Source: Nocardioides sp.
GTDB lineage: Bacteria > Actinomycetota > Actinomycetes > Propionibacteriales > Nocardioidaceae
Length of the DNA: 64,000 bases
NCBI RefSeq assembly: GCF_025964975.1
Contig: NZ_JAOPXV010000206.1
Location: 8,020 to 72,019, forward strand
Direction: 5' to 3'
Below are positions 1-9,449 of the stretch, piece after piece. Position 1 is the first letter of the stretch. Each line of letters begins with the position of its first letter. The position numbers and the translations under genes were made by a program. The notes below the pieces were generated by a model that worked only from the letters and a program-made list of their open reading frames with translations, was not told where the DNA came from and did no database searches.

Positions 1-47
1 TGCTGCTCCAAGGACGAGAGCTTCTCGTTCACTGCGGTGTGGGACAT
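1..47 (-). CDS. 5' end of an unidentified leftward gene (MSHTAVNEKLSSLEQQ...), continues beyond the window
   Basis: ATG at 45-47 on the minus strand with GGGAG 5 nt upstream. The 15 visible codons have G/C-rich third positions. Too short to name. Confidence 0.3.
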   Translation of the reverse strand, partial: MSHTAVNEKLSSLEQ

Positions 48-94
48 GGTGTCTCCCGGGTATTGAGGGCGGTGACTCCATTCTCCCGTCATTC

Positions 95-108
95 TTGGAA
101 CGTTCCAA
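95..108. promoter_or_regulatory. perfect 14-bp palindrome TTGGAACGTTCCAA, candidate operator about 50 nt upstream of the leftward gene start
   Basis: Read directly. CG-centred dyad in the 169-nt non-coding gap between the iolE stop (217) and the ATG at 47. Confidence 0.4.
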
Positions 109-216
109 TAGGTGGGGGCATGACCTTGCGCACACTCCTACCGCGGTCGAGTGCCCGTCGGCATGGACCAGCGCTCAGTTGGCGAGTCAGCTACCGCAGG
201 GGTCACGGAAGGTGCG

Positions 217-1155
217 TTACCTGGACCCGCGCCACCGGCGCACGGGGCCGAGCCCACAGCCGGCGTAGTAGCCGGCGGTGCGGGCGCCGATCGGGAGCGG
301 CACGTCCGCTGTCACCGGGTAGAGGTCCTGTTCGATGACCGTGTAGATGTCGCGGTCGAGGTCGCCCAGTGCGCCGAGGAACGTCGGCATGTCCGGCTCG
401 CCGTCCCATGGCTCGCACATGACGCCGAGCTGCACGGCGTCCGAGAGCGGCAGGTCCTGGGCCAGCACGTGCGCACGGACCTTCGCGTCGACGGACTTCA
501 GGTGGACGTAGGTGATCCGCTCGGGAAATTTGTGCACGATGTCGACGTTGTCTCCCTCGCAGTAGGCCACATGTCCGGTGTCCAGGCAGAGGTTCACCAG
601 CCCGGGGTCGGTGTCGGCGAGAAAGCGCTCGATCCGATCCTGGGTGTCGACGTGGGTGTCGGCGTGTGGGTGGAAGACCAGCTTGACGCCGTACGACTCG
701 TAGATGAAGCGCGCCAGCTCGTCGGTGCCGGTGACCAGGTTGGTCCACTGGTCCTGGTCCATGTCGACGCCCTGAATGGACTCACCCGTGTGCTGGTCGG
801 TGTACTGCTCGGGTAGATGCACCAGGTACTCCGCGCCCAGGGCAGAGAGCAGTCGAGCCTCCTGGCCGAACTCGATCTTGGCCTGCTCGAGCGCCTCCGC
901 GCCCTTGTGCAGGCCGGCGAACACCGTGCCGCCGCACACCTTGAGGTCCCGGGCGGCCAGCTCGTCCTTGAGCTGTTCTGGATCTTGCGGCATGAAGCCC
1001 TGAGGGCCCAGCTCGGTGTAGGCGTAGCCGGCCCGAGCGATCTCGTCGAGGTAGACGTCCCAGGTCACCTGGTGCGGGTCCTGGGCGAACCACACCCCCC
1101 ATGAGTCCGGTGCGGTGGCCAGCGTGAGGCAGTGGAGCGGGGGACGTGCGGACAT
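217..1155 (-). CDS. iolE: inosose (2-keto-myo-inositol) dehydratase, xylose-isomerase-like TIM barrel
   Basis: 312-aa ORF. Carries the IolE-like pattern APDSWGVW...VFHPHADTHV...TDPGLVNLCLDTGH...VHLKSVD...VIEQD. GGAGG sits before the ATG. Last gene of the iol operon. Confidence 0.75.
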   Translation of the reverse strand: MSARPPLHCLTLATAPDSWGVWFAQDPHQVTWDVYLDEIARAGYAYTELGPQGFMPQDPEQLKDELAARDLKVCGGTVFAGLHKGAEALEQAKIEFGQEARLLSALGAEYLVHLPEQYTDQHTGESIQGVDMDQDQWTNLVTGTDELARFIYESYGVKLVFHPHADTHVDTQDRIERFLADTDPGLVNLCLDTGHVAYCEGDNVDIVHKFPERITYVHLKSVDAKVRAHVLAQDLPLSDAVQLGVMCEPWDGEPDMPTFLGALGDLDRDIYTVIEQDLYPVTADVPLPIGARTAGYYAGCGLGPVRRWRGSR

Positions 1156-1189
1156 GGCTGCCTCCGGATGATGGTGTGCATGGACGAGT

Positions 1190-2230
1190 TCAGTGGGATG
1201 GGACGGTGATGCTGGTCCCTGTGGCGGCGCTCTGGCGGGCGGCGTCGAGGATTGCCAGGGTTGCGATGGCGTCGTGCGCAGGAGACGGGCCGTCTCCGCC
1301 TACCCGGATTGCCGCCGCGAAGGCCGTGTAGAAGTCCTGGTAGCCGCCGCGGGCCGACGCGAGTTCGACGTCGCCGCTCGCGGTGGACAGGACGCCGCCC
1401 GTGGCACCGCGCCCCCAGTTCTCGAGGTCGTCGGCTGGGCGCTGGCCGGCGAAGAGGGCCTGTCCCTGGACGTCGATACCCACGTGGCGAAAGCTGCCCT
1501 TCGAGCCGTAGGCGCGAAGCTCTCGCGCGTCGAGATGGTTGAGCTTGCTGGACTCGACGACCGAAAGCACGCCGCTGACGTGGTGCATCTGCACGACGAA
1601 GCCGGCGTCTGTCTCACCTTCTGGGAGGTGCACGAGATCGAGGTGGGCGGTCACGGACCGGACCGGACCCAACAGCCAGGCCATCTGGTCGATGACGTGG
1701 GCGCCCAGATCGCGCAGCAGGCCGCCGGCGGGGCCGGCCTCGAGGAGGTCCGGCTGGTCAAGGTCGAACCTGGAGTGCACGCGCCACAGCTCGCCGAGCC
1801 TGCCGTCCTCGAGCAACCCTCTCAGGGTCTGCACGTCGGCGTCCCACCGCCGGTTGTGGAACACGTTCAGCAGCACGCCCGCGCGCTGCGCGGCATCGGC
1901 CAACTCGCGGCCTCCCGTGGCGGCAGGTGCGAACGGCTTGTCCGCCACCACGTGGACGCCGGCAGCGACAGCGTCCAGCACCAGCTCGCGCCGGGTCCCG
2001 GGAGGTGTGGTGATGGTGACTGCCTCGATGTGACCGTGAGCGAGCATCTCGGCCAGGGAGTCGAAGACCGGCACGCCGGGGTGGTCGGTCTTCAGCTGAG
2101 TGCGGCGCTGGGGGTCGCGGGTGACGACTCCCGCGAGCTCGATGCCTTCGGCGGCCTCGACGAATGGTGCGTGGAACAACCGCCCGCCCACCGAGTACCC
2201 GACGATGCCGAGCCGGACGGCGGTGCTCAT
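1190..2230 (-). CDS. Gfo/Idh/MocA family oxidoreductase (second inositol/inosose dehydrogenase-like enzyme)
   Basis: ORF 1190..2353 trimmed to the ATG at 2228-2230 (MSTAVRLGIVGYSVGGRLF, Rossmann N-terminus). That ATG overlaps the iolD stop as ATGA. Confidence 0.8.
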   Translation of the reverse strand: MSTAVRLGIVGYSVGGRLFHAPFVEAAEGIELAGVVTRDPQRRTQLKTDHPGVPVFDSLAEMLAHGHIEAVTITTPPGTRRELVLDAVAAGVHVVADKPFAPAATGGRELADAAQRAGVLLNVFHNRRWDADVQTLRGLLEDGRLGELWRVHSRFDLDQPDLLEAGPAGGLLRDLGAHVIDQMAWLLGPVRSVTAHLDLVHLPEGETDAGFVVQMHHVSGVLSVVESSKLNHLDARELRAYGSKGSFRHVGIDVQGQALFAGQRPADDLENWGRGATGGVLSTASGDVELASARGGYQDFYTAFAAAIRVGGDGPSPAHDAIATLAILDAARQSAATGTSITVPSH

Positions 2231-4134
2231 GGGAGCCAACGCACCTGTCGTTGCTTGGCCTCGGTGTACGACTCGTGGCCGGACAAGCTGGCCGGGACAC
2301 CGGTCTCCCACCACGCCCCGGCCTCGGTCCAGGTGGCCTTGGCGATGACACACGTGACCACCGCAGGGCGCCGTTGTGCTCGCGCTGCGTCCCGGGCTCG
2401 GGTGTACGCCGCCCTGAAGTCAGCGTCGCTCGAGCCGGCCGGAACCACCTCGACGTGTGCTCCCAGGGCCGCTGCGTGGGCGGCGAAGTCGACGCGCACT
2501 CCGTCCTCGCTTGCCCCGGGACCGCGGGAGTCCTGGAGGAGGTTGTTGAAGCCAGCGGCACCTTGACTGGTCTGCAGCCGATGGATGACCGCGAAGCCTT
2601 CGTTGTCGCAGAGGACGGCGACGTAGGGGTGGCCAGCGAAGGCAGCGGAGTAGATCTCGCTGTTCAGCATCAGGTAGGACCCGTCGCCAAAGATGGACGT
2701 GACGATCCCGTTCGGGTGGGTTTGCTCACGCGCCATGGCTGCACCCCAGGGGGCGACGACTTCGTAGCCCATGCACGAGAAGCCGTACTCCAGGTCCATG
2801 GTCGCGCCCGAGGTGGCAGCGGTGCCGTGCTTCACCTCACCTGTGCGCCAGCCTCCGTGGAGCTCGCCGGGCATGCCTCCGGAGGCCGACAGCACATAGT
2901 CGTCCGGGGTCGAGGCATCGTTGACGATCCCGGTGACGGTGGCGTAGGTCAGCACTCCCTCCGGGCCGACTCCGCCCCGCACGATGTCGACATGGTCGTC
3001 CCAGGAGCGCTTGAGCTGTGCGGCACGGGCGGCCCAGGACTCATCGAAGTGGATGTCACCCAGGAGGCTGCCGAGCTCGACGAGGGCCTCGCGGGCGTCA
3101 CCGGTGACGGCGTGAGCGGCATGCTTCACGGCGTCGAAACGTGCCGCGTTGATCGTGATGAGACGTAGGTCGGACGCGAAGCCCGTCCAGGACGAGGTCG
3201 TGAAGTCCTGCAACCGGGTGCCTACTGCGAGGACGAGGTCGGCCTCCAGCGCCAGGGCGTTGGCCGAGGACGAGCCGATGATGCCCAGGGCGCCGCCGAA
3301 GAGCGGATGCTCGTGCGGCACCAAGGTGCGGCCCGCGACGGTCTCGACCACCGGAATGTGGTGCTGTTCGGCGAACGCGATCGCCTCTGCGCCCGCCCCG
3401 GAGTAGCGCACGCCACCGCCGAGGACGAGCAGGGGCCGCCGGGCCTCACGCACCAAGTTGGCGGCCGACGCGAGGTCGGCGACATCGGGTCGGGGCCGCG
3501 GGACGCGGTGCACCCGCTCGGCGAACATCGCGACAGGGAAGTCGTACTCCTCCGCCTGCACGTCCTGGGGCAGCGCCAGCGTGACGGGGCCGCAGTCGGC
3601 CGGGTCGGTCAGCACACGGGCGACCTGCGGCAGAGTGCTCAGCAGCTGTTCCGGCCGGGTGATGCGGTCGAAGTAGCGAGACACCGACCGAAAGGCGTCG
3701 TTGACCGAGGTCGTCGGGTCCCCGAAGTGCTCGACCTGTTGCAGCACCGGATCGGGTGCCCGTCCGGTGAACGTGTCCCCGGGCAGGAGCAGGATGGGGA
3801 GACGGTTGGCGTGCGCGAGCCCGGCCGCCGTCACCATGTTGAGCGCGCCAGGTCCCACCGAGCTGGTGGCCACCATGACCTGTCGGCGGTCCATGGCCCG
3901 CGCGTAGGCCACCGCCGCGAGGGCCATGCCCTGCTCGGTCTGACCCCGCCAGGTGGGGATCTCGTCGCGATGCTCGTGAAGCGCGACGCCAAGCCCGAGA
4001 ACGTTGCCGTGCCCGAAGATCCCGAAGACACCCGGGAAGAGGGGAGCGGTGCTGCCGTCGAGCAACTCGGACTTCTGAGCCACGAGCCAGCGCACCAGCG
4101 CCTCAGCAGTGGTCAGGCGAACGGTCTCGGTCAT
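2227..4134 (-). CDS. iolD: 3D-(3,5/4)-trihydroxycyclohexane-1,2-dione acylhydrolase, ThDP-dependent
   Basis: ORF 2227..4203 trimmed to MTETVRLTTAEALVRWL. ThDP-enzyme pattern GHGNV...GPGALNM...GGMPGELHGGW. The start overlaps the iolB stop by 1 nt (TGATG). Confidence 0.9.
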   Translation of the reverse strand: MTETVRLTTAEALVRWLVAQKSELLDGSTAPLFPGVFGIFGHGNVLGLGVALHEHRDEIPTWRGQTEQGMALAAVAYARAMDRRQVMVATSSVGPGALNMVTAAGLAHANRLPILLLPGDTFTGRAPDPVLQQVEHFGDPTTSVNDAFRSVSRYFDRITRPEQLLSTLPQVARVLTDPADCGPVTLALPQDVQAEEYDFPVAMFAERVHRVPRPRPDVADLASAANLVREARRPLLVLGGGVRYSGAGAEAIAFAEQHHIPVVETVAGRTLVPHEHPLFGGALGIIGSSSANALALEADLVLAVGTRLQDFTTSSWTGFASDLRLITINAARFDAVKHAAHAVTGDAREALVELGSLLGDIHFDESWAARAAQLKRSWDDHVDIVRGGVGPEGVLTYATVTGIVNDASTPDDYVLSASGGMPGELHGGWRTGEVKHGTAATSGATMDLEYGFSCMGYEVVAPWGAAMAREQTHPNGIVTSIFGDGSYLMLNSEIYSAAFAGHPYVAVLCDNEGFAVIHRLQTSQGAAGFNNLLQDSRGPGASEDGVRVDFAAHAAALGAHVEVVPAGSSDADFRAAYTRARDAARAQRRPAVVTCVIAKATWTEAGAWWETGVPASLSGHESYTEAKQRQVRWLP

Positions 4135-5072
4135 CAGCTGTGCCCTTCGCGGGAGGTAGCGGTGATCTGGTCTAGCCGTCCGGACGCCGACGTCACCGGA
4201 CATCGTGGGTCGGTCTGTTGGTCCACCCAGCTGTCACGGACCCATCCATGGTCCGGGTCGTCGCAGAACGCCAGCGCTCGGTCGTCGGCGGGGCCCGCCA
4301 TGATGTTGAGGTAGTACATGGGGTAGCCGGGCGCAGCAACGCACGGGCCGTGGTAGCCGTGCGGCACCAGCACCACGTCGTGGTCGCGGACCTCGATCGT
4401 CTCGTCGATCGGGGGGAGACCGGCCGCCTCGTGCTCAGGCCCGGTGTAGGTGCGGTGGTAGCCGACGCCCTGCCGCGACGGTGTGACCTGGTCCTGACCG
4501 GCGATCCGGTAGTAGTAGATCTCCTCGTTGACCACCGTGCAGGGTTCGCTGGCGTCGTGCTTGTGCGGCGGGTAGCTCGACCAGTTGCCGGGTGGCGTGA
4601 TCAGCTCGCAGCAGATCAGCTTGTCGGCGTGGTCCCACACCCCCGGTACGCCGAAGTTGGTGACCTGACGGCTTGCGTTCCCTGCGCCCCGTACCTCCAC
4701 CGGGACGTCCTCCGCAGAGCCGTATGCCGGCGCCAGACGGCGGATGCACTTCGAGCTGGGGAGGGCGACCAGCGCATCCTTCTTGCTCGTGAGGTGCATG
4801 GTGGAATCCCGTCCTACGTAGGCGAAGTCGGTGACCCGACTGAACACGGAGGGTCGCCCGACCAGGTCGAAGGTGGCCTCACCCGGCACGTCGACCCGGA
4901 GCGACCCCTCGAGCGGCAGGACGAAGGCTTCCGCGTCCCCGGTCTCCACGATGCGCGTCTCCCCGGCCAGGAGCTGCAGAACCCTGAGGCCGGTCCAAGA
5001 CCAGCTGGCGTCATCTGGGGTTAGCAGCACCGGGTCTTGCCGACCCTCAACCCGGGGGCGATGGATGGTCAT
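4134..5072 (-). CDS. iolB: 5-deoxy-glucuronate isomerase (cupin)
   Basis: ORF trimmed to MTIHRPRVEG at 5072. Conserved ...SSYPPHKHD...EEIYYYR... segment. ATGA overlap with the upstream gene stop at 5069. Confidence 0.85.
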   Translation of the reverse strand: MTIHRPRVEGRQDPVLLTPDDASWSWTGLRVLQLLAGETRIVETGDAEAFVLPLEGSLRVDVPGEATFDLVGRPSVFSRVTDFAYVGRDSTMHLTSKKDALVALPSSKCIRRLAPAYGSAEDVPVEVRGAGNASRQVTNFGVPGVWDHADKLICCELITPPGNWSSYPPHKHDASEPCTVVNEEIYYYRIAGQDQVTPSRQGVGYHRTYTGPEHEAAGLPPIDETIEVRDHDVVLVPHGYHGPCVAAPGYPMYYLNIMAGPADDRALAFCDDPDHGWVRDSWVDQQTDPRCPVTSASGRLDQITATSREGHS

Positions 5073-6019
5073 GCCGCCGGCTGTCCTGAGTGCGCGGCAC
5101 GCAGCACGGCAGCGGCGGAGGCCACGGCGGACCGCACGTCGCCGTTCGGCGGGTAGAGCAGGGCCCGGCCGATCACGAGTCCGCGGACAGTGGGCTGGAC
5201 CAACGCCTGCCCCCACGACTCGAGGTCCGCAGCGGGGTCGGGACCGGGTACGCCCCCCAGCACGACGCACGGCAAGGTCGTGCTGGCGTAGACCGCGTCC
5301 GGTTCATCGCACGCCGGCATCTTCAGCCAGGTGTACGAGCTGGTCGTGCCGAGGGCGCTGGCGATGGTGATGGCGCGGGCGAGCGAGCGAGCGTCCTTCA
5401 GCAGGGTCAGGCCGCCGTCCTCGCCGCGGTGGTAGGGCAAGGGTTCCACCATGGCCACCAGTTCCTTGGCGGCAAGCTCAGTGACAGCCTGGGCGCACGC
5501 CTCGATCGTGCCAGCCGTCGAAGCGTCCTGGTCGTCGATGCGCAGCAGCATCTTGCCGCCCTCGAGCCGGCACTCGGCGATGCTGGCGGCGTCGTACCCG
5601 GTGAATCGGTCGTCCATGGTCCAGGACGCCCCGTCGAGCCCACCGCGGTTCATGGACCCGATGACGACCTTGCCCTCCAGTGCGCCGAGCAGCAACAGCT
5701 CCTCGACGACGTCCGGTGAACCCAGCACCCCGTCGACGTCCGGGTTCTCCAGCGCCGCCACCATCCGCGCGAGCAGCGACCTACGGTCAGCCATCGCCAT
5801 CGTGTCGCCGCCGGCGCTCAGAGAACCGCGTGCAGGGTGGTCCGCTGCCACCAGGAACAGCGTGTTCTTCTGGGAGAGCAGCGGCGCCGGCCTGCGGCGC
5901 GAGGAATAGGCCCGTGCGACGGCGCCGGGGTCGGTCGCCCGCACCTCCAGCAGGTCGGACCACTGCTCGTGGGTCAAGGTCGGTACGGCGTGGTCGACAG
6001 CCGTGGCGGTCTGGGTCAT
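5069..6019 (-). CDS. Cgl0159-family / DeoC-LacD-like (beta/alpha)8 aldolase, probable 5-dehydro-2-deoxyphosphogluconate aldolase (IolJ equivalent)
   Basis: ORF trimmed to MTQTATAV at 6019, with an ATGA overlap onto the iolC stop. Position between iolC and iolB matches actinobacterial iol clusters. The family call is from memory of the Corynebacterium iol locus. Confidence 0.6.
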   Translation of the reverse strand: MTQTATAVDHAVPTLTHEQWSDLLEVRATDPGAVARAYSSRRRPAPLLSQKNTLFLVAADHPARGSLSAGGDTMAMADRRSLLARMVAALENPDVDGVLGSPDVVEELLLLGALEGKVVIGSMNRGGLDGASWTMDDRFTGYDAASIAECRLEGGKMLLRIDDQDASTAGTIEACAQAVTELAAKELVAMVEPLPYHRGEDGGLTLLKDARSLARAITIASALGTTSSYTWLKMPACDEPDAVYASTTLPCVVLGGVPGPDPAADLESWGQALVQPTVRGLVIGRALLYPPNGDVRSAVASAAAVLRAAHSGQPAA

Positions 6020-6981
6020 GCGTGTGCTCCTCGTGAGGTCACGATTGCGTCCAGCTCGGCGAGCGTGGGCATGGCATCGGCGCAGGCGAGGCGTGACGCG
6101 ACGATCGCGCCTGCTGCATTGGCATATTCGGCGATCCGGACCGGTCCCCATCCGGAGAGCAGTCCGTGCACCAGGGCTCCGCCGAAGGCGTCGCCGGCGC
6201 CGAGGCCGCAGACCACCTCCACGGGGTGTGGCGGCACGATGGAGCGCGTGTCCTGCGTGGCCACGAGCACCCCCTCACCGCCCATCTTCACCAGCGCGAG
6301 CTCCAACCCGCGGGCAAGCAGGCGGTCGGCCGCTTCGTGCGGGTCCCTCGTGCCCACCGCGACCTCGACCTCGTCGCGGTTGCCCACGGCAACGGTGACC
6401 TGGTCGAGCATGGCTGAGTACTCCCGGCGGGCCTCAGTGGGCGACGGCCAGAACATGGCACGCCAGTCGAGGTCCAGCACAGTGTGTCGCCCTGTCCCCG
6501 TCGCAGGACGGCCCCGGGCCTCGAGCATGGCGAGCTGCGTGGTTCGCGAGGGCTCGACGGACACCCCGGTTCCGGTGACCCACAGGATCGGCACCTCCTT
6601 GACGACGTCCCACGGCACGTCGTCCTTCTCGATCGTGAGGTCGGGAGCCATCGGCTCCCGGTAGAACAGGAGCGGCGGATCCTCCGGCGGGTCGAGCTCA
6701 CAGAAGACGATGGGGGTACGCAGCTCGGCGCACGTACCGACATAGGTCGGGTCGACGCCGAATCCTTGGAGCGCCTCACGGACGAAGTCGCCGAAGCCGT
6801 CCGCGCCCACCTTCGTGAGGACGGCGGTTCGGTGGCCAAGCCGGGCAGCGCCCACCGCCACGTTGGTCGCAGTGCCACCGAGGAACTTCGAGAACGCCGT
6901 GACGTCCTTGAGCGGGCCGTGCTGCTGGGGGTAGAGGTCCACCCCCACGCGCCCGAGGGTGAGGAGCTCCAGCTGGGACAT
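6016..6981 (-). CDS. iolC: 5-dehydro-2-deoxygluconokinase (PfkB family)
   Basis: ORF trimmed to MSQLELLTLGRVGVDLYP. PfkB motifs GGTATNVAVG and GAGDAFGGAL. Confidence 0.85.
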   Translation of the reverse strand: MSQLELLTLGRVGVDLYPQQHGPLKDVTAFSKFLGGTATNVAVGAARLGHRTAVLTKVGADGFGDFVREALQGFGVDPTYVGTCAELRTPIVFCELDPPEDPPLLFYREPMAPDLTIEKDDVPWDVVKEVPILWVTGTGVSVEPSRTTQLAMLEARGRPATGTGRHTVLDLDWRAMFWPSPTEARREYSAMLDQVTVAVGNRDEVEVAVGTRDPHEAADRLLARGLELALVKMGGEGVLVATQDTRSIVPPHPVEVVCGLGAGDAFGGALVHGLLSGWGPVRIAEYANAAGAIVASRLACADAMPTLAELDAIVTSRGAHA

Positions 6982-6988
6982 CAGGCGT

Positions 6989-8485
6989 TCACTTGGCTGT
7001 GGGGAAGTGGAAGGAAGCCTCGCTGGCGTGGTCGACGTGCGGCCACCTGGCCGTGACCACCTTGGCGCGGGTGTAGAACGCCACACCCTCGGGGCCGTGG
7101 ACGTGCTTGTCGCCGAACAGCGAGTTCTTCCAGCCACCGAAGGAGTAGAAGGCCATGGGCACGGGGACCGGCACGTTGATGCCGATCATGCCGACGTGGA
7201 CGCCTCGCTGGAAAGTCCGGGCAGCCTCACCGGAGTTGGTGAAGATCGCCGTGCCGTTGCCGTAGGGGTTGGCGTTGATGAGGGCGATCGCCTCCTCGAC
7301 CGATCCCGAGCGGACGACCGACAGGACGGGACCGAAGATCTCTTCACGATAGACATCCATGGACGTCGACACCTGGTCGATGACGGTGGGACCGACGAAG
7401 AACCCGTTCTCGTAGCCGGGCACCTTCAGGTCACGGCCGTCCACGGTGAGGGTGGCTCCCTGCTCCTCGCCCGTCCCGATGAGACCGATGATGCGCTCCT
7501 GGGCCGCCTGGGTGACAACAGGACCCATTTCGTTGCCCGCGACGCGACCGGAGCCGACCTGCACCGCACGAGCGCGCTCGTTCACCGCTTCCAGGATGAG
7601 ATCGCCAGCGGATCCGACCGCCACGGCCGCGGAGATAGCCATGCAACGCTCGCCCGCCGAGCCGAACGCCGCCGCCGCCAGGTGGTCGGCGGCGAAGTCG
7701 ATGTTGGCGTCGGGGAGAATGACGGCATGGTTCTTGGCGCCGCCGAGCGCCTGCACCCGCTTGCCGTTCGCGCTGCCGCGTTCGTGGATGTACTTCGCGA
7801 TGGGCGTAGAACCGACGAACGACACTGCCGCGACATCGGGTGAGTCCAGGATCGTGTCGACGGCGACCTTGTCGCCGTTGACGACGTTGAAGACACCGTC
7901 CGGCAGACCTGCCTCCTGCCACAGCTCGGCGATCCTCATTGCGGCCGAGGGGACCCGCTCGGACGGCTTCAGGACGAAGGTATTGCCACAGGCGATGGCG
8001 ACGGGGAACATCCACATCGGCACCATGGCCGGGAAGTTGAAGGGCGTGATCCCGGCGACCACGCCCAGTGGCTCGCGGAAGGAATAGGTGTCGACATTGG
8101 TCGATACCTGGTCGGAGTAGTCACCTTTGAGCAGCGTGGGGATGCCGCACGCGAACTCGATCACTTCCATCCCACGCTGGACCTCACCCAGCGAGTCGGA
8201 GAGCACCTTGCCGTGCTCATCGGTGATCAGCTCGGCGATCTCTGCCGCATGCCGGTTCACCAGCTCGCGGAATGCGAACATGATCTTGGTGCGCGCGCTG
8301 ACCGAGGTCTGTGACCAGCTCGGGAAGGCGTCCTGGGCGGCGGCGATGGCGGACTCGACGTCGCCCACCGAACCCAGCAGCACCTCGGCCTGCTGCTCGC
8401 CGGTGGCGGGGTTGTAGACGGCTCCGACGCGATCACTGGTCCCGGTCGTGGGCTTGCCGGCGATCCAGTGTTCGATGGTCTTCAT
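6989..8485 (-). CDS. iolA: CoA-acylating methylmalonate/malonate-semialdehyde dehydrogenase
   Basis: ORF trimmed to MKTIEHWIAGKP. Aldehyde dehydrogenase motifs FTNSGEAA...GINVPVPVP and catalytic ...GERCMA.... Confidence 0.9.
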   Translation of the reverse strand: MKTIEHWIAGKPTTGTSDRVGAVYNPATGEQQAEVLLGSVGDVESAIAAAQDAFPSWSQTSVSARTKIMFAFRELVNRHAAEIAELITDEHGKVLSDSLGEVQRGMEVIEFACGIPTLLKGDYSDQVSTNVDTYSFREPLGVVAGITPFNFPAMVPMWMFPVAIACGNTFVLKPSERVPSAAMRIAELWQEAGLPDGVFNVVNGDKVAVDTILDSPDVAAVSFVGSTPIAKYIHERGSANGKRVQALGGAKNHAVILPDANIDFAADHLAAAAFGSAGERCMAISAAVAVGSAGDLILEAVNERARAVQVGSGRVAGNEMGPVVTQAAQERIIGLIGTGEEQGATLTVDGRDLKVPGYENGFFVGPTVIDQVSTSMDVYREEIFGPVLSVVRSGSVEEAIALINANPYGNGTAIFTNSGEAARTFQRGVHVGMIGINVPVPVPMAFYSFGGWKNSLFGDKHVHGPEGVAFYTRAKVVTARWPHVDHASEASFHFPTAK

Positions 8486-8544
8486 GAAAGGGCTCCTGCC
8501 TGGTTTGTCTTCGAAGAACGTGGTGGCGTGCTTGTGACGCGGAC

Positions 8545-9420
8545 TCAGCCGGCCTCGCTGACGTACTTCTCGATGGCCTCGCGTTGGTAGACCGCCGTCG
8601 CGCTGTTGGCCTCGTTCTCGGCGAACACCGAGGAGCACAGCACCGTGTCGTCACGGTCGAGAAAGCCGATCTTCTTCAAGCCTGCGAAGAACTCGTCCCA
8701 TTTGATGTCCCCGTCGCCGATCTTGAGGTGCTGGTGGACGCGGACCTGGTTGCCAGGTGGATTGGTGATGTATCGCAGCCCGTGGCTCGCCGAATGGTCC
8801 ATGGTGTCGGAGACGTGCGCGATGCGGAGGCGTGAGCCGGCCGCGGACATGATGTCCAACGGCGCCTCCTGCATGTGGAAGGTGTGGGAGGCGACGTACA
8901 CCATGCCCAGGTTGGGGGAGTTGATCCCGCGGATGACCCGCCACGCGGCGAGACCGTTCTCGACGAAGTCATCCGGGTGGGGGTCGATGCAGACGGTGAG
9001 CCCCTCGCGTTCGATGATCGGTACGAGCTCCTCCATGGACCTGTAGAAGGCGCGCTCGGACTCCTCGGCGCGTTCCGGACGGCCCGAGAACTCGGTGCCG
9101 ATGAGCTGGACGCCCAGGTCGACGGTGATCTGAATCGCGCGCTTCCAATAGCGCACGGCAGCCTCGCGGGCGTCCTCGTCGGGACCCGACCAGCGCAGCA
9201 CCGGCAACGTCGAGGCGATCCCGACACCGGCGTCCTGGCAGGCCTTCTTCAGCTGACGCACCAGCTCGTCGTCAGCTTTCGGGTGGTTGAAGAACGGAAT
9301 GAAGTCGTCGTGGGGGGTCATCTGGAGCCACTCGTAGCCGAGGTCGGCTGCCACCTGCGGGAACTCCAGAAGGGAGTTGGTGTGGTGGAAGGGCGTGGGG
9401 TCAAGCGCGATACGCACCAT
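8545..9420 (-). CDS. sugar phosphate isomerase/epimerase (xylose-isomerase-like TIM barrel, IolH/IolI-like)
   Basis: ORF trimmed to MVRIALDPTPF at 9420. TIM-barrel pattern ...IGTEFSG...CIDPHPDDF...AHVSDT.... Confidence 0.75.
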   Translation of the reverse strand: MVRIALDPTPFHHTNSLLEFPQVAADLGYEWLQMTPHDDFIPFFNHPKADDELVRQLKKACQDAGVGIASTLPVLRWSGPDEDAREAAVRYWKRAIQITVDLGVQLIGTEFSGRPERAEESERAFYRSMEELVPIIEREGLTVCIDPHPDDFVENGLAAWRVIRGINSPNLGMVYVASHTFHMQEAPLDIMSAAGSRLRIAHVSDTMDHSASHGLRYITNPPGNQVRVHQHLKIGDGDIKWDEFFAGLKKIGFLDRDDTVLCSSVFAENEANSATAVYQREAIEKYVSEAG

Positions 9421-9449
9421 GGTCTGTCTCTCTGTCCTTCGCTCGGTCG

